DNA from: a virus
Lineage: Duplodnaviria > Caudoviricetes
IMG/VR virus record: IMGVR_UViG_3300044580_000530
Location: 1-26,242 of that record
Length of the DNA: 26,242 bases
Strand: one strand, 5' to 3'
Of the stretch, positions 25,646-26,242 are shown piece by piece. The translations under genes and the position numbers were made by a program. The notes beneath the pieces were generated by a model. The model was not told the origin of the DNA. It searched no databases and was given only the letters and a program-made list of their open reading frames with translations. Positions within the stretch are counted from its first letter, which is position 1, and each line of letters begins with the position of its first letter.

Positions 25646-26242
25646 ATGAACAAGGCCAAGACGAAGAACGACATCCGGACCGAAGTCCGGCAGAAACGCG
25701 CCGCTGTCCGCAAGGACGCCGACGCGAAGCGCCGTGCCATACGCGTGAAAGTGCGGCAGGCGGTGACTTGCCTCCTCGCGCTCCTCACGCTGGGGATCGC
25801 GGCCGGCTGCAACACGGCCACGCCCGCGAGCAAGAGCGCGTCGTCCAAGGCGTGCGATAACGTCACGACGGTCAACAACTACATCGGGCTGCTCCCCTAT
25901 CCCGCCACCAACGGCGCGGCGTACGCCAGCGGCGCGCTCGCCCTGGGGCCGGGCGGTCTGACGATCAGCGTCTCCGACCTCAACGGCACGATCGCGCAGA
26001 GCGCAGACACCGAGGGCGGCGACCGCACCGACCTGACGGCCAACCCGTCGTTGGCGGCGGGAATCACGGGCGACGCGCCGATCAAGGCCATTGCCGAAGC
26101 GGTATCCGCATTCGCCTCGCCGCAGGATGCGCTGGGCGCGACGTTGTCCGCCATGGTGCAAAAATACGGATGGGCCGCTGCGACAAACACGCTGGTGTCG
26201 GCGGCGTCCAGTTGCGCCGACGGCTCCTGTAGCGTGAAATAA
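25646..26242 (+). CDS. Putative lipoprotein
   Basis: AAGGAG RBS, long basic N-region, hydrophobic stretch and lipobox IAAG-C. Confidence 0.6.
   Translation: MNKAKTKNDIRTEVRQKRAAVRKDADAKRRAIRVKVRQAVTCLLALLTLGIAAGCNTATPASKSASSKACDNVTTVNNYIGLLPYPATNGAAYASGALALGPGGLTISVSDLNGTIAQSADTEGGDRTDLTANPSLAAGITGDAPIKAIAEAVSAFASPQDALGATLSAMVQKYGWAAATNTLVSAASSCADGSCSVK

Overview
This is a GC-rich slice of a temperate phage or prophage, with no integrase or tail genes in view. From left to right it holds: (1) a hypothetical gene and terminator; (2) a + strand recombination/replication operon (RecE-like PD-(D/E)XK nuclease, Sak4-like AAA ATPase, DUF669 SSB-like protein, SF2 helicase, PrimPol-DUF3987 primase) followed by an iteron-type origin, an HTH protein, an HJ-resolvase-like nuclease and a Cys4/sigma-like regulator; (3) a - strand three-gene operon (ComF-like PRTase, small ORF, DUF2958-like protein); (4) a ~3.4 kb region (10450-13845) with no credible gene that is densely self-complementary; (5) terS/terL; (6) two AT-rich secreted/lipoprotein genes, at least one of them an integron-type attC cassette; (7) a Mu gp29-like portal; (8) an AT-rich type II R-M moron (C5 MTase plus NotI-family REase); (9) Mu-like protease, scaffold, two decoration paralogs, major capsid, probable head-completion and membrane/lipoprotein genes. 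The most unusual part is the non-coding region. It contains a ~145 nt hairpin, a tandem A-B-A-B array of four ~310 nt units with a conserved covarying scaffold and variable stems, and eight hairpins with varying stems but a conserved TATCCT (antisense AGGATA) loop directly upstream of terS. All product calls come from motif recognition by eye; no searches were run.
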